A stretch of 64,000 nucleotides of DNA from Vulcanimicrobiota bacterium (GTDB lineage: Bacteria > Vulcanimicrobiota > Vulcanimicrobiia > Vulcanimicrobiales > Vulcanimicrobiaceae): positions 64,001-128,000 of the forward strand of contig CAWGBN010000008.1 of assembly GCA_963820825.1 (NCBI GenBank), read 5' to 3'. A model generated the notes under the pieces. That model did not search any database. It was not told the DNA's origin and worked only from the letters and a program-made list of their open reading frames with translations. This document shows, piece after piece, positions 1-10,230 of the stretch; within the stretch, counting starts at the first letter, position 1, and each line of letters opens with the position of its first letter. The position numbers and the translations under genes were made by a program.

Positions 1-1182
1 GACCTCAGTAAAGACAAGCAGGCGATGCAGCGGCTGACCGAAGCCGCCGAGAAGGCCAAGATCGAGCTCTCCTCGGTCGTTCAGACGAGCATCAATCTGC
101 CCTTCATCACCGCCGATCAAGAGGGACCGAAACACCTCGACTACACGCTCACGCGAGCGAAGTTCGAGGAGCTGACGAGTGATCTCACCGATCGCTGCGT
201 GGGCCCGTTCCGCAATGCGATCGCCGACGCCAAGCTCGACGTCTCCAAGATCGACGAGGTCATCATGGTCGGCGGTGCGACGCGCATGCCGGTCATTCAA
301 GAACTCGTGCGTAAGCTCACCGGCAAGGAGCCGAACTTCACCGTCAATCCCGACGAAGTCGTCGCGGTTGGCGCCGCGATTCAAGCCGGCGTGCTCGCCG
401 GCGAAGTTCGCGACGTCGTTCTGCTCGACGTCACGCCGCTCTCGCTCGGTCTCGAAACGCTCGGCGGCGTCATGACGAAGCTGATCGATCGCAACACGAC
501 GATCCCGACGAAGAAGTCGCAGATCTTCACGACCGCCGAAGACGGTCAGACGTCGGTCGACATTCACGTGCTCCAGGGTGAGCGTCAGATGGCGGGCGAT
601 AATAAGACGCTCGGACGCTTCCGGCTCGAAGGGATTCCCCCGGCGCCGCGCGGCGTGCCGCAGATCGAAGTTACCTTCAACATCGACGCTAACGGCATCG
701 TCAATGTCAACGCCAAGGATCTCGGCACCGGCAAGGAGCAGGCGATTACCATCACCGCTTCGACCAATCTCAGCAAGGATGAGGTCGAGCGCATGGTGCG
801 CGACGCCGAGCTGCAGGCCGAGGCCGACAAGAACAGGCGCGACGAGGCCGAAGTGCGCAACAACGCCTCGAGCTTGATCTACTCGACCGAGAAGTCTCTC
901 AAGGAGGTTGGCGACAAGCTCGACACCGGCGCACGCGGCGAGGTCGAAACGGCGCTGAGCGAACTCAAACGTGTCAGCGAGAACGGCACCGTCGCCGAGA
1001 TCAAACCGGCGATCGACGTGCTGCAACAGGCAAGCTACAAGATGGCGGAGCTTCTGTACAAAGCGGCGGGACCGCAGGGCGAACAAGCGCCCTCGGGTGA
1101 CGGATCGTCGAGCGGCAACGGCGCCGCCGGGGCCGGCGCGGGCGAAGACGTCATCGACGCCGAGTTCAAAGAAGCCAAGTAG
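1..1182 (+). CDS. dnaK: Chaperone DnaK (Hsp70), 5'-truncated by the window edge
   Basis: [21 protein letters not shown] and [11 protein letters not shown] motifs; C-terminal DAEFKE; frame open from position 1. Confidence 0.98.
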   Translation, partial: DLSKDKQAMQRLTEAAEKAKIELSSVVQTSINLPFITADQEGPKHLDYTLTRAKFEELTSDLTDRCVGPFRNAIADAKLDVSKIDEVIMVGGATRMPVIQELVRKLTGKEPNFTVNPDEVVAVGAAIQAGVLAGEVRDVVLLDVTPLSLGLETLGGVMTKLIDRNTTIPTKKSQIFTTAEDGQTSVDIHVLQGERQMAGDNKTLGRFRLEGIPPAPRGVPQIEVTFNIDANGIVNVNAKDLGTGKEQAITITASTNLSKDEVERMVRDAELQAEADKNRRDEAEVRNNASSLIYSTEKSLKEVGDKLDTGARGEVETALSELKRVSENGTVAEIKPAIDVLQQASYKMAELLYKAAGPQGEQAPSGDGSSSGNGAAGAGAGEDVIDAEFKEAK

Positions 1183-1191
1183 CTTCGAGCG

Positions 1192-1734
1192 TTGACGCAT
1201 TCGATGTTCGACGATCAATCCGTCCTAAAGACGGAGGCCGGAGAGGCCACCATCGATGAAGCCGCGGCGGCTCCCTCGCTCGAGGAGCAGCTCGCCGCGG
1301 CCAACGCGCGTGCCGACGAGAATTACGGCAAGTTCTTACTGGCCGTCGCGGATTTCGACAACTACAGGAAACGAATCCAGCGCGACATGGACTCGATCGT
1401 ATCGTCGCGCCGGCGCATGATGCTCGAGCGTCTGCTTCCGGTCCTCGACAATCTTCAACGCGCCTTGCACTCCAATGCCGGCGGCGATACGTTGCGGGGC
1501 GGACTCGAGCAGACGTTGCGCGGTTTCGAAGCGGTTTTGGCAAGCGAAGGCGTCGCGCCAATCGAGGTGAAGGGCGCGCCGTTCGATCCGCGCATCGCCG
1601 AAGCCGTAGGCACCGCACCATCCGACGACGTCGCCGAAGATACCGTCGTCGAAGTTACCGAGAAGGGATACAAGCTCGGCGAAGATCTGCTTCGCCCCGC
1701 GAAGGTTATCGTAGCGAAGCGCTCTGACGCATGA
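1192..1734 (+). CDS. grpE: Nucleotide exchange factor GrpE
   Basis: [24 protein letters not shown] and [17 protein letters not shown] motifs; lies between dnaK and dnaJ. Confidence 0.96.
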   Translation: MTHSMFDDQSVLKTEAGEATIDEAAAAPSLEEQLAAANARADENYGKFLLAVADFDNYRKRIQRDMDSIVSSRRRMMLERLLPVLDNLQRALHSNAGGDTLRGGLEQTLRGFEAVLASEGVAPIEVKGAPFDPRIAEAVGTAPSDDVAEDTVVEVTEKGYKLGEDLLRPAKVIVAKRSDA

Positions 1735-2735
1735 ACTTTAAGGACTACTATGCCGTCTTGGGCGTTCCGAAGAGCGCGGCCGAGAAAGACATCAAGTCCG
1801 CCTATCGCAAGCTCGCGCGCAAGTGGCATCCCGACGCAAATCTCAAGAACCCCAAAGAGGCCGAGGAGAAGTTCAAGGAGATCTCCGAGGCCTACGAGGT
1901 TTTAGGCGATCCCGAGAAGCGTAAGAAATACGACGTCCTCGGACCGAACTGGCAGCAGGCCGCGCAACAGGCCGAGCAACAGCGCCGCTATCGCACCAAC
2001 GTCGGCGGCGAGGAGTTCGAGTTCGATCTCGGTAGTGCCGGTGGTCCGAGCGGATTCTCCGATTTCTTCGACGTCTTCTTCTCCGGCGTTGGGCGCCGCC
2101 AGACTGCGCAGGGCCCCGGCTTCGCGCGCCGCGGCCAAGATCTCGAGACGACGATCGAACTGAACTTGCGCGACGTTTATGCGGGGGGAACGAAAGCCGT
2201 CTCGCTGCAGATCGAAGACCTCTGTCCGCGCTGCCACGGAGCCGGCACCGAGGCGCGCCACCTCTGCCCCCAATGCCACGGCACCGGACGCGTTCTTATC
2301 AACAAGCGATTCGAAGTTACGATCCCCAAAGGCATCGGCGACGGACAGCGGATTCGCCTTGCCGGTCAAGGCGGCGCCGGAACCAACGGCGGACCGAACG
2401 GCGACCTTCATCTCATCGTCAAGCTCGACGAGGATCCGACGTACAAGCGGAAGGGCGACGATCTCTACGTCGACCTGCCGGTAAGCATCTACGATCTCAT
2501 CCTCGGCGGCGAAGTCAACGTCCCGACGCTCAGCGGCGAGGTCGCGATGATGATCCCAGCCGGTACGCAGAACAACCGCCTGCTGCGCCTCACCGGGCGC
2601 GGCATGCCGCGCGTACGAACCGGCGGCAGCGGCGACGAATACGTCCGCCTCATCGGCCAGCTTCCACAGAATCTCTCCGAGAAAGAGAAGAAGCTCTTCA
2701 AAGAGCTCGCCGCGCTCCGCAACGGCAAAGCCTAA
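1731..2735 (+). CDS. dnaJ: DnaJ-family co-chaperone (J domain, two CxxCxGxG repeats, C-terminal domain)
   Basis: KDYYAVLGV and HPD motif; G/F-rich region; ATGA overlap with grpE. Confidence 0.92.
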   Translation: MNFKDYYAVLGVPKSAAEKDIKSAYRKLARKWHPDANLKNPKEAEEKFKEISEAYEVLGDPEKRKKYDVLGPNWQQAAQQAEQQRRYRTNVGGEEFEFDLGSAGGPSGFSDFFDVFFSGVGRRQTAQGPGFARRGQDLETTIELNLRDVYAGGTKAVSLQIEDLCPRCHGAGTEARHLCPQCHGTGRVLINKRFEVTIPKGIGDGQRIRLAGQGGAGTNGGPNGDLHLIVKLDEDPTYKRKGDDLYVDLPVSIYDLILGGEVNVPTLSGEVAMMIPAGTQNNRLLRLTGRGMPRVRTGGSGDEYVRLIGQLPQNLSEKEKKLFKELAALRNGKA

Positions 2736-2747
2736 CCGTACGCTTCG

Positions 2748-2782
2748 CCCTTCGACCGCTCGCTGCGCTCGCGCTCGGTGAC
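2748..2782. repeat. Short REP-like intergenic element
   Basis: CCCTTCGAC..GCTC.GGTGAC resembles the reverse complement of 9491-9513, with a different central segment. Confidence 0.5.
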
Positions 2783-2860
2783 GCAGGCAACCTGGGGTGG
2801 CCGGCCCGGGTTTAGCGAAGCACCCAGGCCCTTTGATTTGCTCAAAATGAGGAGAGGTTC

Positions 2861-3229
2861 GTGATCAAAGAAATTGCGTTCACCGCGTATCCGGCCAAAG
2901 ACGTCGCCGGGCTGCGCAAGTGGTACGAAGATAAACTCGGGTTGAAATTCAGCGGTCCGTACGAAGAGGACGGCGTCGAGAAATACAACGAAGCCAACGT
3001 CGGCGGCGGCTTCTTCAGCGTTCTTACCACCGAATGGGCCGATCGCGCGCCCGGCAGCGCATCCGGTGTCGTCTTCGAAGTCGACGACATCGACCAGACC
3101 GTCGCCGATCTGCGAGGCAAAGGCATCGAAGTGGAAGATCCGTACGCCACGCCGGTCTGCAAGATTACGTCGTTCAACGACATGGAGGGCAATAAAGTCT
3201 CGCTCCATCAGGTTACGGTACCGCACTAG
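2861..3229 (+). CDS. VOC/glyoxalase family protein
   Basis: WYEDKLGL, VVFEVDDI and FNDMEGNKVSL motifs; AGGAG upstream. Confidence 0.88.
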   Translation: MIKEIAFTAYPAKDVAGLRKWYEDKLGLKFSGPYEEDGVEKYNEANVGGGFFSVLTTEWADRAPGSASGVVFEVDDIDQTVADLRGKGIEVEDPYATPVCKITSFNDMEGNKVSLHQVTVPH

Positions 3230-3248
3230 CCTTGAGCTCTGTCAAACG

Positions 3249-5054
3249 ATGATGGCCGGCCACGGGCTGATGTGGTCGAACATCTATCAGCCCGAAAAAC
3301 CGAAGGTGAAGCGGCGCGTCGAGTGGCGACGGCTCGGCGCGCTCTTCGCGCCGTATTGGCGCCAGCAAACGACCGTGCTGGCCTGCATCGTCGCGGTTTC
3401 GGCCTTGGGTCTGGCGCCCGGTTTCGTCGTTGCGCACATCATTGACGAGACGATCCCACATCGGAATCTGGCCGAGCTGGCGATCGACGTCGGCATCATT
3501 CTCGCGTCGGCACTCTTGGCGGCCGGCATCGGCGTTCTTCAGGGGTATCTGAACTCGGTCGTCGGCGAGGGGATCATGCGCGACATTCGCACGAGCCTCG
3601 TCGCGCATCTCCACCGCATGCCGCTGGACTTCTTCACCGGCACTAAGACCGGCGAGATCATGAACCGCGTGAGCAACGACGTGGACAACGTCGACAACGT
3701 CGTTACCGGCACGCTCACCACGATCGTCACCAACATCGTGGTCATTGTGACGACGCTCGTCGCGATGTTCCTATGGAACTGGCGGCTCGCTCTGATCAGC
3801 GTCGCTATCGTCCCGCTGATGGTCTTCCCGCTCGGCCCGGTCGGGCGCCGGATGTATCAGATTCGCAAAAAGACCCGTGAGAAACGCGACGAGATCGAGT
3901 CGATCACGCAGGAGACGCTCTCGATCTCGGGCATCACGCTGATCAAATCGTTTGCGCGCGAAGCCTACGAACGCTCGCGATTTTACGACGTCGGCACGCG
4001 GCTTATGCAACTCGAGATCGATCTCGCCATGGTCGGCCGCTGGTTCATCGCCTCGGTGACCGCGATGGTGGTCGTTGGGCCGGCGCTGGTCTGGTTCGGC
4101 GGTGGATGGCTGGCCGTCTCTTCCCAACTCAAGGTCGGCGTCATCGTCGCCTTCGTCTCGTTCATTCAAGGACGCTTGTACGGCCCCGCCGCCGCGCTCG
4201 CCGGAATCCAAGTTCAGATCGTCAGCGCCCTCGCCGTCTTCGAGCGAATCTTCGATTACCTCGACATGACGCCCGAGGAGTACGATCCGCCGGGGGCGAT
4301 CGCGCTTCCGAGCATCGCCGGCGATATCGCATTCGAGAACGTCGTCTTCGCGTACGAGAGCGGGCGCGACATTCTGCGCGACGTCTCCTTTCACGTGCGG
4401 CCCGGCGAGGTCGCCGCATTCGTCGGCCCGTCGGGAGCGGGAAAGACGACGATTACGCAACTCGTGCCGCGCTTCTACGACCCGCAGGGCGGACGCGTGC
4501 TCGTCGACGGTCACGACCTGCGCGAGATCACGCTCGAGTCGCTGCGCCGCGATATCGGCATCGTCACACAGGAGACCTATCTCTTTCACGACACCGTCGC
4601 CAACAATCTTCGGTACGGCAATCCGAATGCGACCGATGCCGAGCTCGAAGCCGCGGCGCGCGCGGCGAACATTGCCGACTTCATCGCCTCGCTTCCCAAG
4701 GGCTACGAAACCGTCGTCGGCGAGCGCGGCCATAAGCTTTCGGGCGGCGAGCGCCAACGGCTCGCAATCGCCCGCGTGCTGCTCAAGGATCCGCGGATTC
4801 TCATCCTCGACGAAGCGACGAGCTCGCTCGACTACGAAAACGAGGCCGCGATTCAGCGAGCGCTGGAAGTGGTGATGCGCGGCCGCACCAGTCTCGTGAT
4901 CGCGCATCGTCTCTCGACCGTCTTGGCCGCCGACGTGATCTTCGTGGTCGACGAAGGCCAGATCGTCGAGTCGGGCCGCCACGCGACCTTGCTCGCGCGC
5001 GGCGGCCTCTATTCACGACTCTATCGAACGCAGTTTGTAGACCGCTCCGCCTAG
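3249..5054 (+). CDS. ABC transporter, fused permease/ATP-binding (MsbA/ABCB-like exporter)
   Basis: Transmembrane domain; Walker A GPSGAGKT; LSGGERQR signature; ILILDEATSSLD. Start reassigned to ATG 3249. Confidence 0.95.
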   Translation: MMAGHGLMWSNIYQPEKPKVKRRVEWRRLGALFAPYWRQQTTVLACIVAVSALGLAPGFVVAHIIDETIPHRNLAELAIDVGIILASALLAAGIGVLQGYLNSVVGEGIMRDIRTSLVAHLHRMPLDFFTGTKTGEIMNRVSNDVDNVDNVVTGTLTTIVTNIVVIVTTLVAMFLWNWRLALISVAIVPLMVFPLGPVGRRMYQIRKKTREKRDEIESITQETLSISGITLIKSFAREAYERSRFYDVGTRLMQLEIDLAMVGRWFIASVTAMVVVGPALVWFGGGWLAVSSQLKVGVIVAFVSFIQGRLYGPAAALAGIQVQIVSALAVFERIFDYLDMTPEEYDPPGAIALPSIAGDIAFENVVFAYESGRDILRDVSFHVRPGEVAAFVGPSGAGKTTITQLVPRFYDPQGGRVLVDGHDLREITLESLRRDIGIVTQETYLFHDTVANNLRYGNPNATDAELEAAARAANIADFIASLPKGYETVVGERGHKLSGGERQRLAIARVLLKDPRILILDEATSSLDYENEAAIQRALEVVMRGRTSLVIAHRLSTVLAADVIFVVDEGQIVESGRHATLLARGGLYSRLYRTQFVDRSA

Positions 5055-5090
5055 CGCGAGAGCATCGGAGACGGCGGCGCGAGGACGCCG

Positions 5091-5336
5091 CTACTGGGCG
5101 TATTCGATGCCGAGATTAACCTCGTGAATGGCGCTCTTGACGTAGTTGATCGCGTTGACGCGATGGCCGCCCTTATCGGCCTGCGCCTGATTCAGCTCGT
5201 TGAGCGCCGAATCGAGGTCGGTCCGCGCGTTCTCCATATGGGTTTGAACCGCGAGCGCGACGCCGGCGCCAATCGCTGCGAAGAAGAGCGCGAATACCAA
5301 TGCGAGCCCGATTGAACGAAGCTTGAGCTTGAACAT
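5091..5336 (-). CDS. Small secreted helical protein
   Basis: Signal-peptide-like N-terminus; AAGGAGG RBS; DKGGHRVNAI motif. Confidence 0.8.
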   Translation of the reverse strand: MFKLKLRSIGLALVFALFFAAIGAGVALAVQTHMENARTDLDSALNELNQAQADKGGHRVNAINYVKSAIHEVNLGIEYAQ

Positions 5337-5366
5337 GGATCCTCCTTGAGAGAGACGCGAGCTATG

Positions 5367-5385
5367 CTGCGAAGCTCGTTCGCAG
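5367..5385. terminator. Hairpin just downstream of scoB
   Basis: CTGCGAA-GCTCG-TTCGCAG, 7-bp stem without a U tract. Confidence 0.3.
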
Positions 5386-5395
5386 GGGATGGAAT

Positions 5396-6064
5396 CTATC
5401 CCTCGCCTCTTACGTCCATGACCATCGGCTCGACCGGGACGTGCAGTTCCGGTTCGGTCGCCGCGCGTACTTCGTCGAGCGTTACGCCCGGCGCGAGCTC
5501 GCGCAAGACCAGTCCATCCGGCGTGATGTCGATCGTCGCCATGTCGGTGATGATGCGCTGGACGACCCGTTTTCCGGTTAACGGGAGCGAACAGTTGCGC
5601 AGAATCTTGTGCGCGTTCCCCTTCGCGACGTGCTCCATCATCACGATGACGCGCTTTGCTCCGTGCACCAGATCCATCGCGCCGCCCATTCCCTTTACCA
5701 TCTTGCCGGGGATCATCCAGTTCGCGAGGTCGCCCTGTTCGGAGACTTGCATCGCGCCGAGCACGGCGAGATCGATGTGGCCGCCGCGGATCATCCCAAA
5801 CGAGAGCGACGAGTCGAAGAACGACGCGCCGGGAAGCACGGTCACCGTCTCCTTACCGGCATTGATCAGATCGGCATCCTCCTCGCCTTCGAACGGATAC
5901 GGCCCCATGCCGAGGATGCCGTTTTCGCTCTGCAGCGTGACGGTCACATCCGATGCGACGTAGTTCGGCACGAGCGTCGGCAGGCCGATCCCGAGATTGA
6001 CGTACTGGCCGTCGCGCAACTCCTGCGCCACGCGCGCCGCGAGTTGAGTTCGTGTGAGAGCCAC
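5396..6064 (-). CDS. scoB: 3-oxoacid CoA-transferase subunit B
   Basis: [14 protein letters not shown] and GMGGAMDL motifs. Confidence 0.93.
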   Translation of the reverse strand: MALTRTQLAARVAQELRDGQYVNLGIGLPTLVPNYVASDVTVTLQSENGILGMGPYPFEGEEDADLINAGKETVTVLPGASFFDSSLSFGMIRGGHIDLAVLGAMQVSEQGDLANWMIPGKMVKGMGGAMDLVHGAKRVIVMMEHVAKGNAHKILRNCSLPLTGKRVVQRIITDMATIDITPDGLVLRELAPGVTLDEVRAATEPELHVPVEPMVMDVRGEG

Positions 6065-6819
6065 TATGCGGGTCGCTTTCTCGTGGTGACGCGTTCGATG
6101 CGTTTGCCTTGCGCGCCGACGTGCACGATTCGCTGCACGAAGACGCCGGGCAAGTGGACCTGCTCCGGATCGATCGTGCCCGGTTCGACGAGCTCCTCGA
6201 CCTCGGCGATCGTGATCTTCCCAGCCATCGCGCAGAGCGGATTGAAGTTACGCGTGGCTTTGTGAAAGATCAGGTTGCCGGCCCGGTCGCCGATCGATGC
6301 GCGAACGAGCGCGAAATCGCAGACGATCCCGGCTTCGAGCACGTACTCGCGATTGTTGAAGACGCGCGTCTCTTTTTTCGGTGAAGCGATCGCGACGCTG
6401 CCGTCGGATTTGTAACGCCAGGGCAAGCCCCCGTCCGCTACGAGCGTTCCATCGCCCGCCGGCGTGTAGAAGGCGGGAATGCCGCATCCGCCGGCCCGCA
6501 GCCGTTCGGCGAGCGTTCCCTGCGGAACGAGCTCGACTTCGAGCTCGCCGCTGAGATACTGCCGCTCGAACTCGCGGTTCTCGCCGACATAGGAGCCGGT
6601 CGTGCGCCGGATGCGCTTGTTGTCGAGCAAGACGCCGAGCCCCCAGCCGTCAACGCCGCAGTTGTTCGAGACGGTAACTAGCTCCGAGGCGCCCTGTTCG
6701 AGGAGCGCCTCGATGAGATTGTGCGGAATGCCGCTGAGCCCGAAGCCCCCGACCGCGATCGAGGCGCCGCTCGGGATGTCGGCGACGGCCTCGGCGCTGG
6801 AGGCATAGACCTTCTCCAT
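6064..6819 (-). CDS. scoA: 3-oxoacid CoA-transferase subunit A
   Basis: [23 protein letters not shown] and [11 protein letters not shown] motifs. Confidence 0.93.
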   Translation of the reverse strand: MEKVYASSAEAVADIPSGASIAVGGFGLSGIPHNLIEALLEQGASELVTVSNNCGVDGWGLGVLLDNKRIRRTTGSYVGENREFERQYLSGELEVELVPQGTLAERLRAGGCGIPAFYTPAGDGTLVADGGLPWRYKSDGSVAIASPKKETRVFNNREYVLEAGIVCDFALVRASIGDRAGNLIFHKATRNFNPLCAMAGKITIAEVEELVEPGTIDPEQVHLPGVFVQRIVHVGAQGKRIERVTTRKRPA

Positions 6820-6920
6820 GAGGGCCTAAATGCGCCGACGGAAACGAAGTCGCCTTCGTGGAACCTCTGCACGTATGACTACGGCACCGGACTTCAATTG
6901 CAAGCAGCGACGAAGAGGCG

Positions 6921-8039
6921 ATGATCCTCGCGATGGTTCGCGAGCTCGTCGTCGAAAAAGTCGCGCCGCGCGCCGCTGAGATCGACGCGACCGGCGAGTT
7001 CCCATGGGACGTCAAGGAGCTCTTCGCGCAGAACGACCTGTTCGGCATCCCGATTCCCGCCGAGTACGGCGGTCTGGGCGGAACGTTCCTCACCTACGTG
7101 AAGGTGGTCGAAGAGATTGCTAAGGCCTGCGCCTCGAGCGCACTCATCGTCGCGGTTCAGGAACTGGGGATGCTGCCGATCGTCATCGGCGGCAGCGACG
7201 AACAGAAACGTCGCTTCTTGCCGAAGATCGCATCGGGCGAGCACCTCGTCGCCTACGCGCTCACCGAAGTCTCGAGCGGATCGGACGCGCTGGGCTCCAT
7301 GCGCACGCGCGCCGAGAAGCGCGGCGACGCCTACGTGCTCAACGGCCAAAAGATTTGGATCACGAACGGAAGCGTCGCCGACGTCGTCTGCGTCTTCGCG
7401 GTTACCGATCCTGCTGCCGGCTCACGCGGCGTTACCGCATTCGTCGTCGAGAAGGGAACGCCCGGATTCTCCGTCGGCAAGACCGAGAAGAAAATGGGCA
7501 TTCGCGGCTCGCCGACGGTCGAGCTCGTCTTTGCGGATTGCGAAGTTCCGGCAGCAAACCGGCTCGGCGAAGAAGGCCAGGGCTTCAAGATCGCGATGAA
7601 GGTGCTCGACAAGTCGCGGCCCGGCATCGCGGCGCAGGCGCTCGGCATCGCGGCCGGCGCGCTCGACTATGCGACCGGCTACGCCAAAGAGCGCGTCGCG
7701 TTCGGCAAACCGATCGGCCAGCATCAAGGCGTCGGGTTCATGCTCGCCGACATGAAGACCGAGGTCGAGTCGGCGCGACTGCTTCTTTACGAAGCGGCAC
7801 GACGGTGCGACGAAGGCGCATCCGACGTGACGCTCTGGGCCGCGATGGCGAAGCTTAAATGTGGCGACGTTGCGATGTCGGTTACGACCGACGCCGTACA
7901 GGTGCTCGGCGGTTTCGGCTACTCGGCCGAGTATCCGGTCGAGCGCATGATGCGCGACGCCAAGATCACGCAGATTTACGAGGGAACGCAGCAGATCCAG
8001 CGGTTGGTCATCTCGCGCAATCTCGTCGGAAGAGCCTAA
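6921..8039 (+). CDS. Acyl-CoA dehydrogenase
   Basis: ALTE..SGSD, LNGQKIWITNG, GGFGY and IYEGTQQIQR motifs; true start may be ATG 6875 across a +1 indel. Confidence 0.95.
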   Translation: MILAMVRELVVEKVAPRAAEIDATGEFPWDVKELFAQNDLFGIPIPAEYGGLGGTFLTYVKVVEEIAKACASSALIVAVQELGMLPIVIGGSDEQKRRFLPKIASGEHLVAYALTEVSSGSDALGSMRTRAEKRGDAYVLNGQKIWITNGSVADVVCVFAVTDPAAGSRGVTAFVVEKGTPGFSVGKTEKKMGIRGSPTVELVFADCEVPAANRLGEEGQGFKIAMKVLDKSRPGIAAQALGIAAGALDYATGYAKERVAFGKPIGQHQGVGFMLADMKTEVESARLLLYEAARRCDEGASDVTLWAAMAKLKCGDVAMSVTTDAVQVLGGFGYSAEYPVERMMRDAKITQIYEGTQQIQRLVISRNLVGRA

Positions 8040-8045
8040 GCCGCG

Positions 8046-9464
8046 ATGCGAAAAAGATCGACGCCGTGCCGCTTGCTGCTCGGCCTGCTCGTCGTGGGCC
8101 TTTCCGCCTGCGCACAGCCGGTGACCGCCCGAGATTCTGCACCGGGCGCACCCGCACTCGCGGCCAAGAGCGCCGCCGCTCGCCCGGCCGGCCTTCGAAC
8201 CGGCGTTACCCGCGCGCTCCTGGGCGGCGGGAAGGTCAAGCACGTCATCATCATCGTTCAGGAGAACCGCTCTCCCGACGATCTCTTCAGCGGATTGCCG
8301 GGCGCCGACACCGTTACGTCAGGTGAAAACACTGCCGGTACGCAGACTCGCTTGCGCAAGATCTCGATAACCGCACCCTACGATCTCTCGCACTCCAACA
8401 ACGGCTTCAACGTCGAGTACGACGGCGGCCGGATGGACGGCTTCAATCTCGAGCATTCCAGCTGCGACGCCCCTAACGGCGCCAAATGCGTTCCCGACCG
8501 GCAGTTTCGCGCCTACGGCATCGTCCCGCAGAGTGAGGTGCAGCCCTACTTCACCTTGGCCGAGCAGTACGTGTTCGCAGACAAGATGTTTGCGACGCAA
8601 GAGGGACCGAGTTTTGCCGCCCATCAGTACATTCTGAGCGGAACGTCGACCATTGCGGCGAGCTCCACGTTGCGCGCCGCGGAGAATCCGCTCAATGCGG
8701 AGCAAAAGTTTACCGGCGGATGCGATTCGCCGACGGGCTCGCTGGTTATGCTCATCGATTCCAACGGCACCGAGAATCAACAGGTCTATCCGTGCTTCGA
8801 GCGACCCGCGCTGCCCGATCTCATCGAAGGCAAGGGCCTGACGTGGCACTACTACGTCTCCCATCTCGGCCCCGGACTCTGGAATGCCCCCGACGCGATC
8901 AAACATATTCGCGAAGGCTCCCGATACTCAACCGACGTCGTCGCACCGCCGTCGCAGGTGCTCACCGACGTCAGCAACGGCGACTTGGCGAACGTCGTCT
9001 GGGTTACGCCGACGGCGAAGGCGTCGGATCACGCCGGCATCACCGATGGAAGCGGTCCCGATTGGGTCGCATCGATCGTGAATGCCATCGGCACGAGCAA
9101 ATATTGGAAGAACTCCGCGATCTTCGTCACCTGGGACGATTGGGGCGGCTGGTACGATCACGTGCCGCCGATGCAATACAACTCGTTCGAGCTCGGTTTT
9201 CGCGTACCGCTCATCGCGATCGGTCCCTACGCGAAGCAGGGCTATATCTCGCACCAGCAGCACGAGTTCGGCAGCCTCTTGAAGTTTGCCGAGAAGACCT
9301 TCGGTCTCGGCTCGCTCGGAGCCACCGACGTCCGTGCCGACGACCTTTCCGATTGCTTCAACTTCTCGCAGAAGCCGCGCGCCTTCGTGCCGATTCACAC
9401 GAAGCGCAGCGCCGCCTACTTCCTACGCCAGCCGATCTCGATGGAAGCCCCCGACAACGAATAA
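8046..9464 (+). CDS. Secreted phosphoesterase (phospholipase C / acid phosphatase family), possibly a lipoprotein
   Basis: KHVIIIVQENRS, TWDDWGGWYDHV and GFRVPLI motifs; LSAC lipobox. Confidence 0.9.
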   Translation: MRKRSTPCRLLLGLLVVGLSACAQPVTARDSAPGAPALAAKSAAARPAGLRTGVTRALLGGGKVKHVIIIVQENRSPDDLFSGLPGADTVTSGENTAGTQTRLRKISITAPYDLSHSNNGFNVEYDGGRMDGFNLEHSSCDAPNGAKCVPDRQFRAYGIVPQSEVQPYFTLAEQYVFADKMFATQEGPSFAAHQYILSGTSTIAASSTLRAAENPLNAEQKFTGGCDSPTGSLVMLIDSNGTENQQVYPCFERPALPDLIEGKGLTWHYYVSHLGPGLWNAPDAIKHIREGSRYSTDVVAPPSQVLTDVSNGDLANVVWVTPTAKASDHAGITDGSGPDWVASIVNAIGTSKYWKNSAIFVTWDDWGGWYDHVPPMQYNSFELGFRVPLIAIGPYAKQGYISHQQHEFGSLLKFAEKTFGLGSLGATDVRADDLSDCFNFSQKPRAFVPIHTKRSAAYFLRQPISMEAPDNE

Positions 9465-9477
9465 CGCCTGCAAGGCG

Positions 9478-9533
9478 TTGTCAGGCTTTTGTCACCCTGA
9501 GCTTGTCGAAGGGCTGACAGAGCTGTCATCCTG
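9478..9533. repeat. REP-like palindromic element between convergent genes
   Basis: GTCACCCTGAGCTTGTCGAAGGG (9491-9513) inside a TGTCAG..CTGACA inverted repeat; partial second copy TGTCATCCTG follows. Confidence 0.55.
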
Positions 9534-9540
9534 GGCACCT

Positions 9541-10224
9541 TCAGCGGGAGACGGGCTTGAGGCGAGCGATGATGCGTGGGGTTGGGCAGAGGTGGCTCAC
9601 CGGGCAGCGGTCGCAGAGCGGGGTCGGCGCTTTGCAGACTTGACGGCCGTGCATGATCAGCCAGTGCGTCGTGTCGCCCCACTTCTTCGGCGGTACGAGC
9701 GCGGTGAGATCTTCTTCTACTTGGCGCGGCGTCGTGCCGAGGGTGATTCCAAGTCGATGCGCGACGCGAAAGACGTGCGTGTCGACGGCGAGCGCTTCGG
9801 CGTGGAAGGCTGCCGCCATAACGACGCTCGCCGTCTTGCGGCCGACGCCGGCGAGCGATTCTAACTCCTCGCGTTCGTGCGGAACTTTGCCCCCGAAGCG
9901 CTCGACGATATCGCGTGCGCAGGCGATGATGTTCTTCGCTTTCATACGGAAGAAACCGCACGATTTGATGATGCTCTCGACGTCGGGCTGGCGCGCGCGC
10001 GCGAGCTTCTCCGCAGTCGGATACTTGGCGAAGAGCGCCGGGGTCGTGGCGTTGACGCGCGCATCGGTGCATTGCGCCGAGAGAATCACCGCGATCAGCA
10101 GCTGAAACTCATTACCGTACTCGAGCGCGGTCACCGCATGCGGGTAGGTGCGCTCCAGAATCGCCAGCTGCTCGACGGCAACCTTGCGCGGAACTCTTCT
10201 CTTTGGAAATGGAATGCGCGGCAC
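9541..10224 (-). CDS. nth: Endonuclease III
   Basis: ILSAQCTD; HhH LAGVGRKTA; AVDTHV; C-x6-C-x2-C-x5-C Fe-S motif. Confidence 0.96.
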   Translation of the reverse strand: MPRIPFPKRRVPRKVAVEQLAILERTYPHAVTALEYGNEFQLLIAVILSAQCTDARVNATTPALFAKYPTAEKLARARQPDVESIIKSCGFFRMKAKNIIACARDIVERFGGKVPHEREELESLAGVGRKTASVVMAAAFHAEALAVDTHVFRVAHRLGITLGTTPRQVEEDLTALVPPKKWGDTTHWLIMHGRQVCKAPTPLCDRCPVSHLCPTPRIIARLKPVSR

Positions 10225-10230
10225 GCTCGG

